Positions 23,347 to 36,534 of a DNA stretch of 64,000 nt are shown here, piece by piece. Origin of the DNA: Eledone cirrhosa (Eukaryota); NCBI GenBank assembly GCA_964016885.1, contig OZ024743.1:318742001-318806000 (forward strand), read 5' to 3'. Both the position numbers and the translations under genes were made by a program. Position 1 is the first letter of the stretch. The number at the start of each line of letters is the position of its first letter. The notes beneath the pieces were generated by a model. That model saw only the letters and a list, made by a program, of their open reading frames with translations. It did not search any database and was not told where the DNA came from.

Positions 23347-23963
23347 GCTATAGAAGTGGTTGATAGCTTCCGGTACCTAGGTGATCAGATTAGCATAGGA
23401 TGGGGGTATCTAGAATAAGGATGGGTTAGAAGAAATTTAGGGAGCAGCTTCCTCTGCTGACGAAGAAGGGTTACTCCCTGCGTACGAAAGGTCGGTTATA
23501 TGATGCCTGTGTGAGGTGCGCGATGCTGCATGGTAGTGAGATATGTGCAGCAACTGCAGAGGATATGCGACGGCTGGAGAGAAATGAGGCAAGTATGTGC
23601 CGTTGGATGTGCAATGTCAATGTGCGTGAACAACAGAGCATGGATGTGTTGAGAGAGAACCTGTGTCTGAGAGGGATAAATTGTAGTGTGCGAGTGAGGA
23701 GACTGCGATGGTATGGACATGTGGTGCACATGGAGGATGACCGATGGGTGAAGAAGTGCCAAGAAATGCCAGTTGAAGGAAGATGTGGTAGAGGAAGACC
23801 ACAAAAAACATGGGCGGAGGTGGTGAGAACAGACCTCAGATCGCTGAAGCTCACGGTGGCGATGACGAAGGACCCCGACAAGTGGAGAGATCCTGTGCTG
23901 AATAGGACCCATCCCACCCTTGCAAGCAGGGAAAGGCGGACATAAAATGATGATGATGATGAT
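23347..23963 (+). mobile_element. RTE LINE 3' fragment (family C2)
   Basis: ORF 23511-23945 [19 protein letters not shown]; (GAT)n tail. Confidence 0.92.
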
Positions 23964-24248
23964 ATATATATCATATATATACCATATATATACATATATA
24001 TATATTCCATATATATACATATATATATACCATATATATACATATACATATATATATACATATTCATACCATATATATACATATTCATACCATATATATA
24101 CACACATATATATATATACATATATATATCATATATATACATATATATATATATATATATCATATATATATATATACATATATATATATACATATATATA
24201 TATATCATATATATATATATACATATATATATATACATATATATATAC

Positions 24249-24280
<32 letters not shown>

Positions 24281-24283
<3 letters not shown>

Positions 24284-25059
24284 CGAACAGCAATGTTGCA
24301 TGGCAGTGAGACCTGGGCATTGTGTGCAGAGGATATACGCAGACTAGAGAGGAACGAAGCTTGCATGCTCCGCTGGATGTGTAACAGTAATATACGTGAA
24401 CGGCAAAGCATAAACGAACTAAGGAAAAAATTAGAGATAAGAGGGATCAGATGTTGTTTACTCGAGAGAAGGCTACGTTGGTATGGACACGTGATGCGCA
24501 TGAAAGTCGATAGCTGTATAATAAAGTGCAGGGCAATAAAGATAGACGGTAGCCACGGAATAGGCAGACCTAGAAAAACCTGGGACGAGCTGATAAACTC
24601 CGACCTCACACACTTACACCTCTCCAAGACAATGTCACTGGACCGAGACCTTTGGCGGTACTCAGTAACAGAGAAGACCCGCCTTGCCAGTAGGCATCTC
24701 TAACAAAATACACCCCGTCCCGCCACCACCCCCACCCCATCCACACCACCCCGTTCTATGTAAAGTTATGTTGGTGCCGCGCCATCCAGGCCGAAACAAA
24801 TGAGATCGTGTAGGTGTCACGACAAAAAAACACACAGTCCACGCTGTAATGTGGCCGTGTAGGCAACACGGTAAAAACCTCCCAGACCCACACTGTAAAT
24901 GTGGTTGGTGTTAGGAAGGGCATCCAACTGTAGAAAACCTGCCAGACAGTCCTATGCGAGCAAGACAATCACTCTTGCCTCAAGTGGGACTACCCCCGTC
25001 CAAACCCATGCAAGCGTGGAACACGGACGTTAAACGATGATGATGATGATGATGATGAT
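24281..25059 (+). mobile_element. RTE LINE 3' fragment (family B, deletion variant)
   Basis: ORF 24293-24703; nearly identical to 41410-42259. Confidence 0.93.
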
Positions 25060-25085
25060 ATACATATATATATATATCATATATA

Positions 25086-26378
25086 CAGGGTGTGGACGAT
25101 ATTTGTTCGCAAGATTACTGTCTAGGAAAAAATAACACAGTAGTTTTATTTTTTAAGATATATTTATCAAACTTGGGTCAGTTTGTCTTCATGACTTGTT
25201 TTTTCGATCTCACTCGATAAACCCGCAATTAGCTTTGATGACGGCCTCAGAACCGGCTACAGGCCTTCGTCACTGTCCCCCGACTTAGGCCCCTAAAGGC
25301 ACTTGTGATCCTGGCCTTCAGATCGTCTTTATATTGCAGCTAGATCTGTTGGTGTCTCGTTCCACTGTACCCCACACAAAGAAGTCAAGGGGGTTGCAGT
25401 CAGGAAAGCTGGGAGGCCAGATGTCAGGTGAAGTGTGGTCGACGAAGTTCTCTGACAGCCAGGCTTGGGTCTTTCGGCTGGTATGGCAGGGTGCTGAGTC
25501 TTGCTGCCACACGTACGGCCTACCTGCAGCTACCTGGTCGATCCAGGGCTTTACTACCTCACTCAGAACGCGGATGTAGCCATCGATGTTCAGCTTGAGG
25601 CCCTCAGGGAAGAAGTGAGGTGGCATGACGTCACCTTGACTGCTGACAACACCTAAGACCAATGTTGTTGCTGGAAACTTTGTCTGCATGACTCTGGGCA
25701 TGTCTTTGGATGATACAGCGAGCCACCTGTTGTTCTGGGAGTTGATCTTCTGGTCTTGGCAGAAGTTTTTCTCATTGTAGAAAAACCACAGCATGTCTGG
25801 CTCCAGTGGGTGTTTCAACTTGTTGATCAGCTTCTTTGCGTGTTTCAGTCGCTTTTCTTGCATCGCCTTTGACAGAAATTGTCCTTTCCTCCTCTTGTAT
25901 GAAACGTAGCGAATATCTTCATGTACCACCAGCTTAATGAGCTTTTCATCCATGCCTTTCTCCCTTGCAATGGCACGCATCGACTTGCTAGGTTCATTGT
26001 TGATGATATCCTGAACTTCAGCGATGAACTCGGGCATTCTGAAGACGTCAGATCGTCGATCATGTGTTTTCCTCTCTGATGTTGCTTCGTTGTCGAATCC
26101 CAAATCTTCTAATTCCTTTCTGACTTTTTCCACCATTCTCCTGCTGACACTGAGAAAGTCTGAAATTTCCTTATTTGTCCTCCCGGCACGGATTCCAAGA
26201 ATAACTCCGTGTCTCTTCCACAAATTAGGAGGTTCAAAATTATTCATAATCAATTCTGAAAATAAATAATGGAAATATAGTCACTGTTTTTATGAAGACA
26301 AGAGTGACAACGGAAGTAAAAGAAATTTGCATAAAATTAGCAGTTGAAAATTGTGAACAAATATCGTCCACCCCCTTG
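25086..26378 (-). mobile_element. Near-complete Tc1/mariner-superfamily transposon, DD37D (maT) type
   Basis: ~27-bp TIRs CAGGGTGTGGACGATATTTGTTCGCAA / TTGTGAACAAATATCGTCCACCCCCTTG with TA flanks. Confidence 0.9.
25318..26253 (-). pseudogene. DD37D transposase; first catalytic Asp replaced (FFYNEK) and C-terminal frameshift
   Basis: HTH region; WQQDSAPCH followed by 37 residues then NPLD; C-terminus ..EAVIKANCGFIE* lies out of frame to ~25211. Confidence 0.88.
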
Positions 26379-26497
26379 TATATATATATATATTATATAT
26401 ATATCATATATATACATATATATATAGTGACGAAACATAAGTCAATTGCAAGAACTCATAATCCTTTATTTACTGCTATATATATTTCGATGATAGC

Positions 26498-26910
26498 CAA
26501 CTGCAGAGGATATGTGACGGCTGGAGAGAAATGAGGCAAGTATGCGCCGTTGGACGTGCAATGTCAATGTGCGTGAACAACCGAGCATGGATGTGTTGAG
26601 AGAGAACCTGTGTCTGAGAGGGATAAATTGTAGTGTGCGAGTGAGGAGACTGCGATGGTATGGACATGTGGTGCACATGGAGGATGACCGATGGGTGAAG
26701 AAGTGACAGGAAATGCCAGTTGAAGGAAGATGTGGTAGAGGTAGACCACGAAAAACATGGGCGGAGGTGGTGAGAACAGACCTCAGATCACTGAAGCTTA
26801 CGGTGGAGCTGACGAAGGACCGTGACAAGTGGAGAGATGCTGTGCTGAATAAGACCTGTCTCACCCTTGCAAGCAGGGAAAAGTGGATGTAAAATGATGA
26901 TGATGATGAT
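26498..26910 (+). mobile_element. RTE LINE 3' fragment (family C2)
   Basis: Matches 23550-23963. Confidence 0.9.
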
Positions 26911-26914
26911 ATAC

Positions 26915-26956
<42 letters not shown>

Positions 26957-26957
<1 letters not shown>

Positions 26958-28390
26958 ACTGATAGATCAGGTTATGAAAGTGGCAGAAACGATTTTAGCA
27001 CAACTAATTAGAGAAAGGGTCAAACTAGATGAGTTGCAGTTTGGTTTTGTGCCTGGGAAGAGTACAACAGATGCCCTCTTCTTGGTGAGACAAATGCAAG
27101 AGAGATTCTTAGAGAAGAATAAGCCACTATACTTAGCCTTTGTTAACCTAGAGAAGGCCTTTGATAGGGTACCCCGATCTGTCATCTGGTGGTCCCTAAG
27201 GAAGCTAGGTGTTGAGGAATGGCTTGTGAGGACAGTGCAAACTTTGTACAGAGGTACTCTCAGTAAAGTCAGGGTAGGAATGGAGTTTAGTGAGGAATTT
27301 CAGATACAAGTAGGAGTACATCAGTGTTCGGTCCTCAGCCCGCTCTTGTTCATTATAGTTCTCCAAGCCATAACAGAGGAGTTTAAGACTGGCTGTCCAT
27401 GGGAACTTCTCTATGCTGACGATCTGGCTCTTATAGCAGAATCAGTAGAGGAGCTAGAGAATAAATTCCGGCTATGGAAACAGCAGTTGGAAGCAAGAGG
27501 ACTGAGAGTAAATCTAGCTAAGACAAAAGTGTTGATGAGTAGAAAAGAGGACAAAACCCTGATTCCGTCAGGGAAATGGCCATGTTCGATATGCAGAAAA
27601 GGAACTGGCATAAATTCTATAAAATGCACACAATGCAGGTCCTGGGTACACAAGAGATGTAGCGGGATAGCAGGCAAACTAACAGGTAGGGAGAAATATG
27701 TATGCAGTAGATGTACAGGGAAATTAGACAGTAGAAGTCGCACTGATAGACACATTTTTCAAATGCGAGAGGGCGCTATAGAAGTGGTGGATAGCTTCCG
27801 GTACCTAGGAGATCAGATTAGCATGGGAGGAGGGTGTTCCGAGGCCATAGTATCTAGAATAAGGACGGGTTGGAAGAAGTTTAGGGAGCTGCTTCCTCTG
27901 TTGACGAAGAAGGGTTTCTCCCCGCGTACGAAAGGCCGGTTGTATGATGCCTGTGTGAGGAGCGCGATGCTGCATGGTAGTGAGACATGGGCAGCAACCG
28001 CAGAGGATATGCGACGGCTGGAGAGAAATGAGGCAAGCATGCTCCGTTGGATGTGCAGTGTAAATGTGCGTGAACGACCCAGCATAAATGTGTTGAGAGA
28101 GAAACTGTGTCTGAGAGGGATAGAATGTAGTGTACGGGAGAGGAGACTGAGGTGGTATGGACATGTGATGTGCATGGAGGATGACCGATGGGTGAAGAAG
28201 TGCCAGGAAATGCCAGTTGAAGGAAGACGTGGTAGAGGTAGACCACGAAAAACATGGGCGGAGGTGGTGAGAACAGACCTCAGATCATTGAAGCTCACGG
28301 CGGAGATGACGAGGGACCGTGACGAGTGGAGAGATGCTGTGCTGAATAAGACCCGTCCCACCCTTGCAAGCAGGGAAAAGCGGACGTAAA

Positions 28391-28421
<31 letters not shown>
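26957..28421 (+). mobile_element. 5'-truncated RTE LINE (family C1) with 471-aa open RT ORF 26974-28389
   Basis: QFGFVPGKSTTDA, LAFVNLEKAFDRV, HQCSVLSP, LLYADD, YLG, Cys/His insert; stop codon abuts (GAT)n tail. Confidence 0.95.
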
Positions 28422-28441
28422 CATATATATATATATATATA

Positions 28442-28620
28442 CATCATCATCATCATCATCATTTTACGTCCACTTTTCCCTGCTTGCAAGGGTGGGACAG
28501 GAACTGATTCTGGCTTGATTTCTACAGCTGGATGCCCTTTCTAACACCAACCTCATTTACAGTGAGTGCTGGGTGCTTTTTTTCCGTGGCACCCACACGT
28601 CCACTTTACAGTGTGGGCTC
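28442..28620 (-). mobile_element. 3' half of chimeric SINE (family of 55413-55754)
   Basis: Same junction AGAATCAGTTCC.GTCCCACCCTTGC. Confidence 0.8.
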
Positions 28621-28823
28621 GGTCCTTTTTTGTATACTTTCCTTATGCATATTAACAGCTGAGCAGCCTAATTTGCATATCGAGTGAGTTACAAACACAC
28701 CGAACATTATAATAAATGTTCGGTGAATCCATACGTATATATATATATATGTGTGCATGTATGTATATATATATATACATACTACTGTACGTCTGTATAC
28801 ATATATGTATGTACGTATACATA

Positions 28824-28891
<68 letters not shown>

Positions 28892-28926
28892 TATCATATA
28901 TAAATATATTTTATATGTATAGATAT

Positions 28927-28970
<44 letters not shown>

Positions 28971-28996
28971 TAGATAGATAGATAGATATAGATATA

Positions 28997-30335
28997 TCTG
29001 GTTAGATACCATTAATAACAAAAAACAAATCCTCCATTCTCATTATGCCAAACCCATGACTTCCAAATATCTGATCCACCGAAACGCAGCTGTTTCGGAC
29101 CACACAAAATCAACATACTGATTGACGATTTGTACGGGTGATGAGAAACGTGTCCCGCATGTGCAACCCCAAAGAACTAGAGAGACACATACAACACTTC
29201 ATCCACCATGTGCAGTTCTCTGGTTACAATCAGAGGGATAAAATCAGACTATATAGAGGAGCCAGAACCAAATGGGAAAAATTGGTAAATAATGACACAA
29301 ATGGGACCTGCCCCTTTATAGGAGCAAATTTTGGAATAGAATAGAAAGAACTAGGAATAAGGTTAATAGAATAAACTCATTGTATGATAGCAATAAATAC
29401 CAGAGTGTAATGTTCATCGATACAACCCCTAGAGGTGAATTAGCTTACAAATTTAGAAGGGACCTAGATAATCATAAACTCAATATTAAGATAGTAGAAA
29501 GACCAGGTACCTCCATAAAAACACTTATCAGCAATACATACCATTTTCAAAGACCTCCCTGTATAGATAAGATATGTATAATCTGTAAATTAAGCCCCCA
29601 TATTAACTGTAAAACTAGAAATATAGTATATAGCATAAGATGTACTGAAGGACAATGTTGAGATAAGAATATAGTGTACATAGGTGAGACAGCTCGTAGT
29701 ATAGGAGAACGGATAAATGAACACTGGCGAGACCTTCAAGATAGTAAAGAATCATCTGTACTCTACCAACATGCTAAAATATAACATAAGGGTAAATTCG
29801 AGAACATAGAAATAAAAATAGAATCTACACACAGAAAAGACGCAATGTTTAGACAAATCACAGAGGCAATAAACATAAATGAACTCCAACCAAAATTAAA
29901 TAGAAAACATGAATGGAATAGCAACATCACAACTTACAATTAAGGACAAAATGAAAACACACACACACATAGAACAAACAACCAACCAGTAACATGTAAA
30001 TAAACAAATAAATAAACAAATATAAACACACGCAGACACCCGGATGTAACACATGCACAAACTAAGCACACAACACACACAAAAACAAAATGGCGTAGGA
30101 CAGAACAAAGGAGAGGCACAAAAACAAAGAAAAGAATCCCCAGTCACTGAAGAGGTCACAGAATGTGTGACGAAAGAACTTTGACAATATATAAACAATC
30201 ATCTGGTTGTGGAACCAACCAACTGGAAATTTATAAATTCCTAAATTTATAAATTTATTATAATAAATTGAAGTGAAAGAAAATTGTGCGTGTGTTTCTT
30301 ATTGGCAACATGACCCTCCCAAAGTATAACAATAA
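28997..30335 (+). mobile_element. Penelope-like retroelement (Neptune-type Cys-rich linker), 5'-truncated and frameshifted: RT thumb, GIY-YIG endonuclease, pLTR
   Basis: HYAKPMTSK..FSGYN; VMFIDTTPRGEL..VERPG; CIDKICIIC..NCKTRNIVYSIRC..YIGETARSIGERINEH..RQITEA..LNRKHEW. Confidence 0.88.
30143..30185 (+). ncRNA. Minimal hammerhead ribozyme in PLE pLTR
   Basis: GTCA-CTGAAGA-G-GTCACA[GAATG]TGTGAC-GAAA-GAAC-TT-TGAC. Confidence 0.78.
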
Positions 30336-30405
30336 ATATATATATATATATAGATATACCATATATAAATATATGTATATATATAGATATATCATATATA
30401 AATAT

Positions 30406-30437
<32 letters not shown>

Positions 30438-30542
30438 CATATATATATATATATATATATAGATATATCATATATATAGATATATCATATATAAATATAT
30501 ATATATAAATATATAGATATATCATATATAGATATATATATC

Positions 30543-30587
<45 letters not shown>

Positions 30588-30622
30588 TATGATATATATA
30601 TATATAGATAGATAGATAGATA

Positions 30623-30702
<80 letters not shown>

Positions 30703-30928
30703 TATATAGATAGATATATCATATATATATATATATATATAGATAGATATATCATATATATATATATATATAGATATATCATATATATATAGATATATCA
30801 TATATATATATATAGATATATCATATATATATATATAGAGAGAGAGAGATATATCTATATATATATATATATGATATATCATATATATATATAGATATAT
30901 CATATATATATATATATATATAGATATA

Positions 30929-30968
<40 letters not shown>

Positions 30969-30972
<4 letters not shown>

Positions 30973-32048
30973 CATAGATTTCACATGTGGCCGGTGCTCT
31001 GGTGCAATAAGTAGCAGCAAGTGCCCACAAATACTAGCTCTTTCAACTGCGCAGAGGGCTCTATAGAAATAGTGGACAACTTCCGTTACCTGGGTGACAA
31101 AATCAGCAGTGGGGGAGGGTGCTCTGAAAGTACAGTAGCTAGAGTCAGTACTGGATGGAAAAAGTTCAGAGAGCTTATACCCCTATTGGCCGCTAAAGGG
31201 TTCTCCCTAAAAATGAAAGGCAGGTTGTATGATGCCTGCATACGAACAGCAATGTTGCATGGCAGTGAGACCTGGGCATTGTGTGCAGAGGATATACGCA
31301 GACTAGAGAGGAACAAAGCTTGCATGCTCCGCTGGATGTGTAATAGTAATATACGTGAACGGCAAAGCATAAACGAACTAAAGAAAAAATTAGAAATAAG
31401 AGGGATCAGATGTTGTTTACTCGAGAGAAGGCTACGTTGGTATGGACACGTGATGCGCATGAAAGTCGATAGCTGTATAACAAAGTGCAGGGCAATAAAG
31501 ATAGACGGTAGCCACGGAATAGGCAGACCTAGAAAAACCTGGGACGAGCTGATAAACTCCGACCTCACACACTTACACCTCTCCAAGACAATGTCACTGG
31601 ACCGAGACCTTTGGCGGTACTCAGTAATAGAGAAGACTCGCCTTACCTAAATACATAGTAAAACCTACTACAGTCAGTAGGCATCTCTAACAAAATACAC
31701 CCCCGTCCCACCACCCCCACCCCATCCACACCGCCCCCTTCTATGTAAAGTTATGTTGGTGCCGCGCCATCCAGGCCGAAACAAACGAGATCGTGTAGGT
31801 GTCAAGACAAAAAAAACACACAGTCCACGCTGTAATGTGGCCGTGTAGGCAACACGATAAAAACCTCCCAGACCCACACTGTAAATGTGGTTGGTGTTAG
31901 GAAGGGCATCCAACTGTAGAAAACCTGCCAGACAGTCCTATGCGAGCAAGACAATCACTCTTGCCTCAAGTGGGAAAACCCCCGTCCAAACCCATGCAAG
32001 CGTAGAACACGGACGTTAAACGTTGATGATGATGATGATGATGATGAT
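30969..32048 (+). mobile_element. RTE LINE 3' fragment (family B); ORF 31021-31650
   Basis: Same protein motifs and 3' UTR as 4588-5601. Confidence 0.93.
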
Positions 32049-32173
32049 ATATATATATATATATAGAGAGAGAGATATATATCATATATATATATATATA
32101 TATATAGATATATCATATATATATATATATATATATAGATATATCATATATATATATATATCGATATATCATA

Positions 32174-32211
<38 letters not shown>

Positions 32212-32277
32212 TATATCATATATATATATATATCGATATATCATATATCATATATATATATATATATATATAGATAT

Positions 32278-32351
<74 letters not shown>

Positions 32352-32370
32352 TAGATAGATAGATAGATAT

Positions 32371-32412
<42 letters not shown>

Positions 32413-32633
32413 TAGATAGATATATCATATATATATATATAGATATATCATATATATATATATAGATATATCATATATATATATATCATATATTTATATA
32501 GATATATCATATATATATATATATCATATCTATATTTATATATCTATATATATATATATATATATATATATAGATATAGATATAACATATATATATCTAT
32601 CTATATATATATATATAGATATATCATATCTAT

Positions 32634-32975
32634 ATGGCTCTGAACATTAATCAGTATACACTGAGGATGAAAAACTCAGAGCTGTATGGGAGCATCCCAA
32701 GAGTCAGCTCAAAAGTGACACAGAGGAGACTGAGGTTAGCTGGACATGCTCACCGACATCCAGAGTTGACATTGCACTCAGTACTCCTTTGGGAGCCCCT
32801 ACATGGACACACTAGAAGAGGAAGACCAAGGTTAACGTATGTTGATGCCCTAAGGACAGACACTGGTCTGTTGGAGATGCAGGACATGGCAGCGATAATG
32901 AGGGACAGAGACCACTGGAGAGAACTCGTCCATGGATCTCGGGAATTTTACCCGCCTTAGATAGATAGATATATA
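32634..32975 (+). mobile_element. RTE-clade LINE C-terminal fragment, distinct family with (TAGA)n tail
   Basis: ELYG..RRLRLAGHAHRH..VLLWEP..RGRPRLTYVD..DRDHWR. Confidence 0.85.
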
Positions 32976-33133
32976 TATAGATATAGATATATCCTATATA
33001 TATATATATATATATATATTTAGACATAGATATATCCTATATATATATATATCATATATATACATCCATATATCATATACATATATATATATACATACAT
33101 ATACCATATATGTACATGTATATATATACATAT

Positions 33134-33322
<189 letters not shown>

Positions 33323-33435
33323 GTGTATACATGTATATATATATATTGTTATTCTTCGGGAGGGTCATGTTCCAAATTCAGAAACGAAATATATATATAT
33401 ACATATATCATATATATATATAGATATACACATAC

Positions 33436-33480
<45 letters not shown>

Positions 33481-33654
33481 TATATCATATATATATAGAG
33501 ACATATATCATATATATATAGAGAGACATAAATCACATATATATACATGTATATATACACATGTATATATATATATATATATATATAGACATATATCATA
33601 TATATATATATATATATATAGACATATATCATATATATATATATATAAACATAT

Positions 33655-33711
<57 letters not shown>

Positions 33712-33714
33712 GTA

Positions 33715-34428
33715 CGAGGGTATAGTCAAAAAGTTCACGGAATTTTTTGGTAGCAAGAAAAAAATCAGGTTAAAACAATATGAAACATGTCAGAACATTG
33801 TCACTGGGTATTTACCTTGCTATTAGTCACTTGCAGTCAGTTATGCGTGGACTATTGTACAGTACTCTTTAAAACACCTCTTTTTGGAACAATGGAAAAT
33901 AGTTATTTTGAGATAAGATTGAATATGAAGTTTCTGGTGAAACTGAAATGGAAAGGGACACAGATTATGGAGGCTTTGGTTAAAGTTTACGGTACTACTG
34001 GTCCAAAGAAAACTGCTGTCTACAAGTGGATTCAGCGATTCAAACAAGGGAGAGACGACCTTGAAGACGACCATCGCAGTGGAAGACCAGGAAAAAATGA
34101 ACAAAACATTGAGGTTGTTCAGACTTTAATTGAAGAAGATCGAAGAATAACAGTTAATCAGTTAGTTAAGTCCCTAGACATTTCATATGGTTCGGCAAAT
34201 TCAATTCTGCACGATAGTTTGGGACTAAGCAAGCTTTCAGCGCGCTGGGTCCCAAAAGTGTTGCGCCCTGATCAGCTGATTTTTTCGAAGTGATCTGTCT
34301 TTGGCGATATTAAACAAAATTGAAGTTGATGAAGAGCATTTCCTGACCAGAATCATCACCGGAGATGAAACCTGGATCTACTAGTATGATCCTGAATCCA
34401 AACAGCAGTCAAAACAGTGGCTTCCACT
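33715..34428 (+). mobile_element. 5' half of a mariner element (Hsmar2/irritans-like); transposase pseudogene from 33892
   Basis: TA|CGAGGGTATAGTCAAAAAGTTCACGGAA TIR; YKWIQRFK.GR..LEDD.RSGRP; ARWVPKVL; ITGDETWIY.YDPESK. Confidence 0.9.
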
Positions 34429-36435
34429 GGAGGTTTTTACCATGTTGCCTACACGGCCACATTACAGCGTGGACTGTGTGTTTTTTTGTCATGACACCTA
34501 CACGACCTCATTTGTTTCGGGCTGGATGTTGTGACACCAACATAACTTTACATTGAAGTGGATAGGGTCGGGGTAGTGGGACGGGGTGTATTTTGTTAGA
34601 GGTGCCTACTGACTGTAGTAGGTTTCACTTTGTACTTAGGTAAGGCGGGTCTTCTCTATTACTGTGTAGCACCAAACCTCTCGGTCCAGTGACATTGTCT
34701 TGGAGAGGTGTAAGTGTGTGAGGTCGGAATTTATCAAGTCATCCCAGGTTTTTCTGGGTCTGCCTACTCCGTGGCTACCATCTATTTTTATTGCCCTGCA
34801 CTTTTTTATACAGCTGTCGTCTTTCATGCGCATCTTGTGACCATACCAACTTAGTCTTCTCTCGAGTAAACAACATCTGATCCCTCTTATTTTTAATTTC
34901 TCCCTTAGTACGTTTATGCTTTGCCGTTCACGTATGTTACTATTACACATCCAGCGGAGCATGCAAGCTTCGTTTCACTCCAGTCTGCGTATATCCTCTG
35001 CACACAATGCCCAGGTCTCACTGCCATGTAACATTGCTGTTCGTATGCAGGCATCATACAGCCTGCCTTTCATTTTTAGAGAGAACCCTTTAGCGGCCAA
35101 TAGTGGTATAAGCTCTCTGAACTTTTTCCATCCCGTTCTGACCCTAGCTACTGTACTTTCAGAGCACCCTCCCCCACTGCTGATTTTATCACCCAGGTAA
35201 TGGAAGCTGTCCACTATTTCTATAGAACCATCTGTGCAATGGAATGAGTTAGTATTTTGTGGGCACTTGCTGCTACTTATTGCACCAGAGCACCTGCCAC
35301 ATATAAAATCTATATTCTTAGATAGTTTACCTGTGATCCCACTACATCTTTGATGCACCCATACTTTGCATTTGGGACATAAAATGGAGTTTCTACCTAC
35401 TCCTTTCCTACACACTGAGCATGGCAATTTCCCAGATGGGACCGGTGCCCTATTTTCCTTCTTACAAACTAGAACTTTAGTCTTAGACAAGTTAACTTTA
35501 AGGCCTTTTGATTCTAGGCTATGCTTCCATGTTTGGAATTTTTTCTCTAGTTCAGCCATTGATTCAGCTATGAGCGTTAGATCATCTGCATATAGGAGTT
35601 CCCATGGGCAGCCAATCTTGAACTCCTCTGTTATAGACTGAAGGGCAATAATAAATAGTAGGGGGCTAAGGACGGAGCCCTGATGAGCACCAACTTTTAC
35701 GCTAAACTCTTCACTATATTCGTTGTTAATTCTAACCTTGCTGGCTGTTTCTTTATACATGGCTTGTATAGCTCTCACAAGCCATTCATCAACACCTAGT
35801 TTTCTAAGGGCCCACCAGATAATCGAGCGGGGTACTCTGTCAAAGGCTTTCTCCAAGTCAACAAAAGCTAAGTATAGGGGTTTACTTTTAGCTAGGTACT
35901 TCTCCTGTAGTTGTTGTACAATGAAAAGAGCGTCTGTTGTACTTTTACCTGACACAAACCCGAACTACATTTCGTCTAGATCAATTCGCTCTCTGATTAG
36001 TTGCGCTATTACTTTTTCTGTGACCTTCATGACCTGGTCAATTAATTTAATGCCTCTATAGTTTCCCCTATCTAGGGCATCACCTTTACCCTTGTAGCAG
36101 TTAATGATGATGCTGCTGCGCCAGTCCTTCGGAACGACCCCATTCTGTATGACTTGGTTTACTATCCGGGTGACCATAGTGTGTCCCACCGTGCCAGATG
36201 CTTTCAGCATTTCGGCAACTATTTCCGAAGGCCCGGCTGCCTTGCCCATCTTCATGTCTTTGATCACCTTACTTATTATACTTCCTTCAACTTGCACTGC
36301 TGGTCCCTCTATTGGGTCGATGTGGGGGAGACTGTCTTTCTCCCAATTATTCTCCTCATTTAGTAGCCTTTCGTAGTGACACTTCCAAGCTACCTTCTTA
36401 TCGGCGTCAGTGATGGCAAGTATACCATCATACAT
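34426..36435 (-). mobile_element. RTE LINE (family B'), ~2 kb, with two premature stops (ORFs 35965-36435, 34975-35955, 34636-34962); 3' tip missing
   Basis: KAAGPSEI..YKGKGD..NYRGIKL; FVDLEKAFDRV; HQGSVLSP; YADD. Confidence 0.94.
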
Positions 36436-36534
36436 GTATATTTATATATCATATATATATAAATCATATATATATATATATATATATATATAAATCATAT
36501 ATATATATATATATATATATAAATCATATATATT

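Noticed and set aside
27805-28424. Long antisense ORFs over RTE copies (also 1911-2357, 4644-5144, 31086-31586)
   Set aside because: Shadow frames of the LINE coding strand, repeated only because the copies are homologous.
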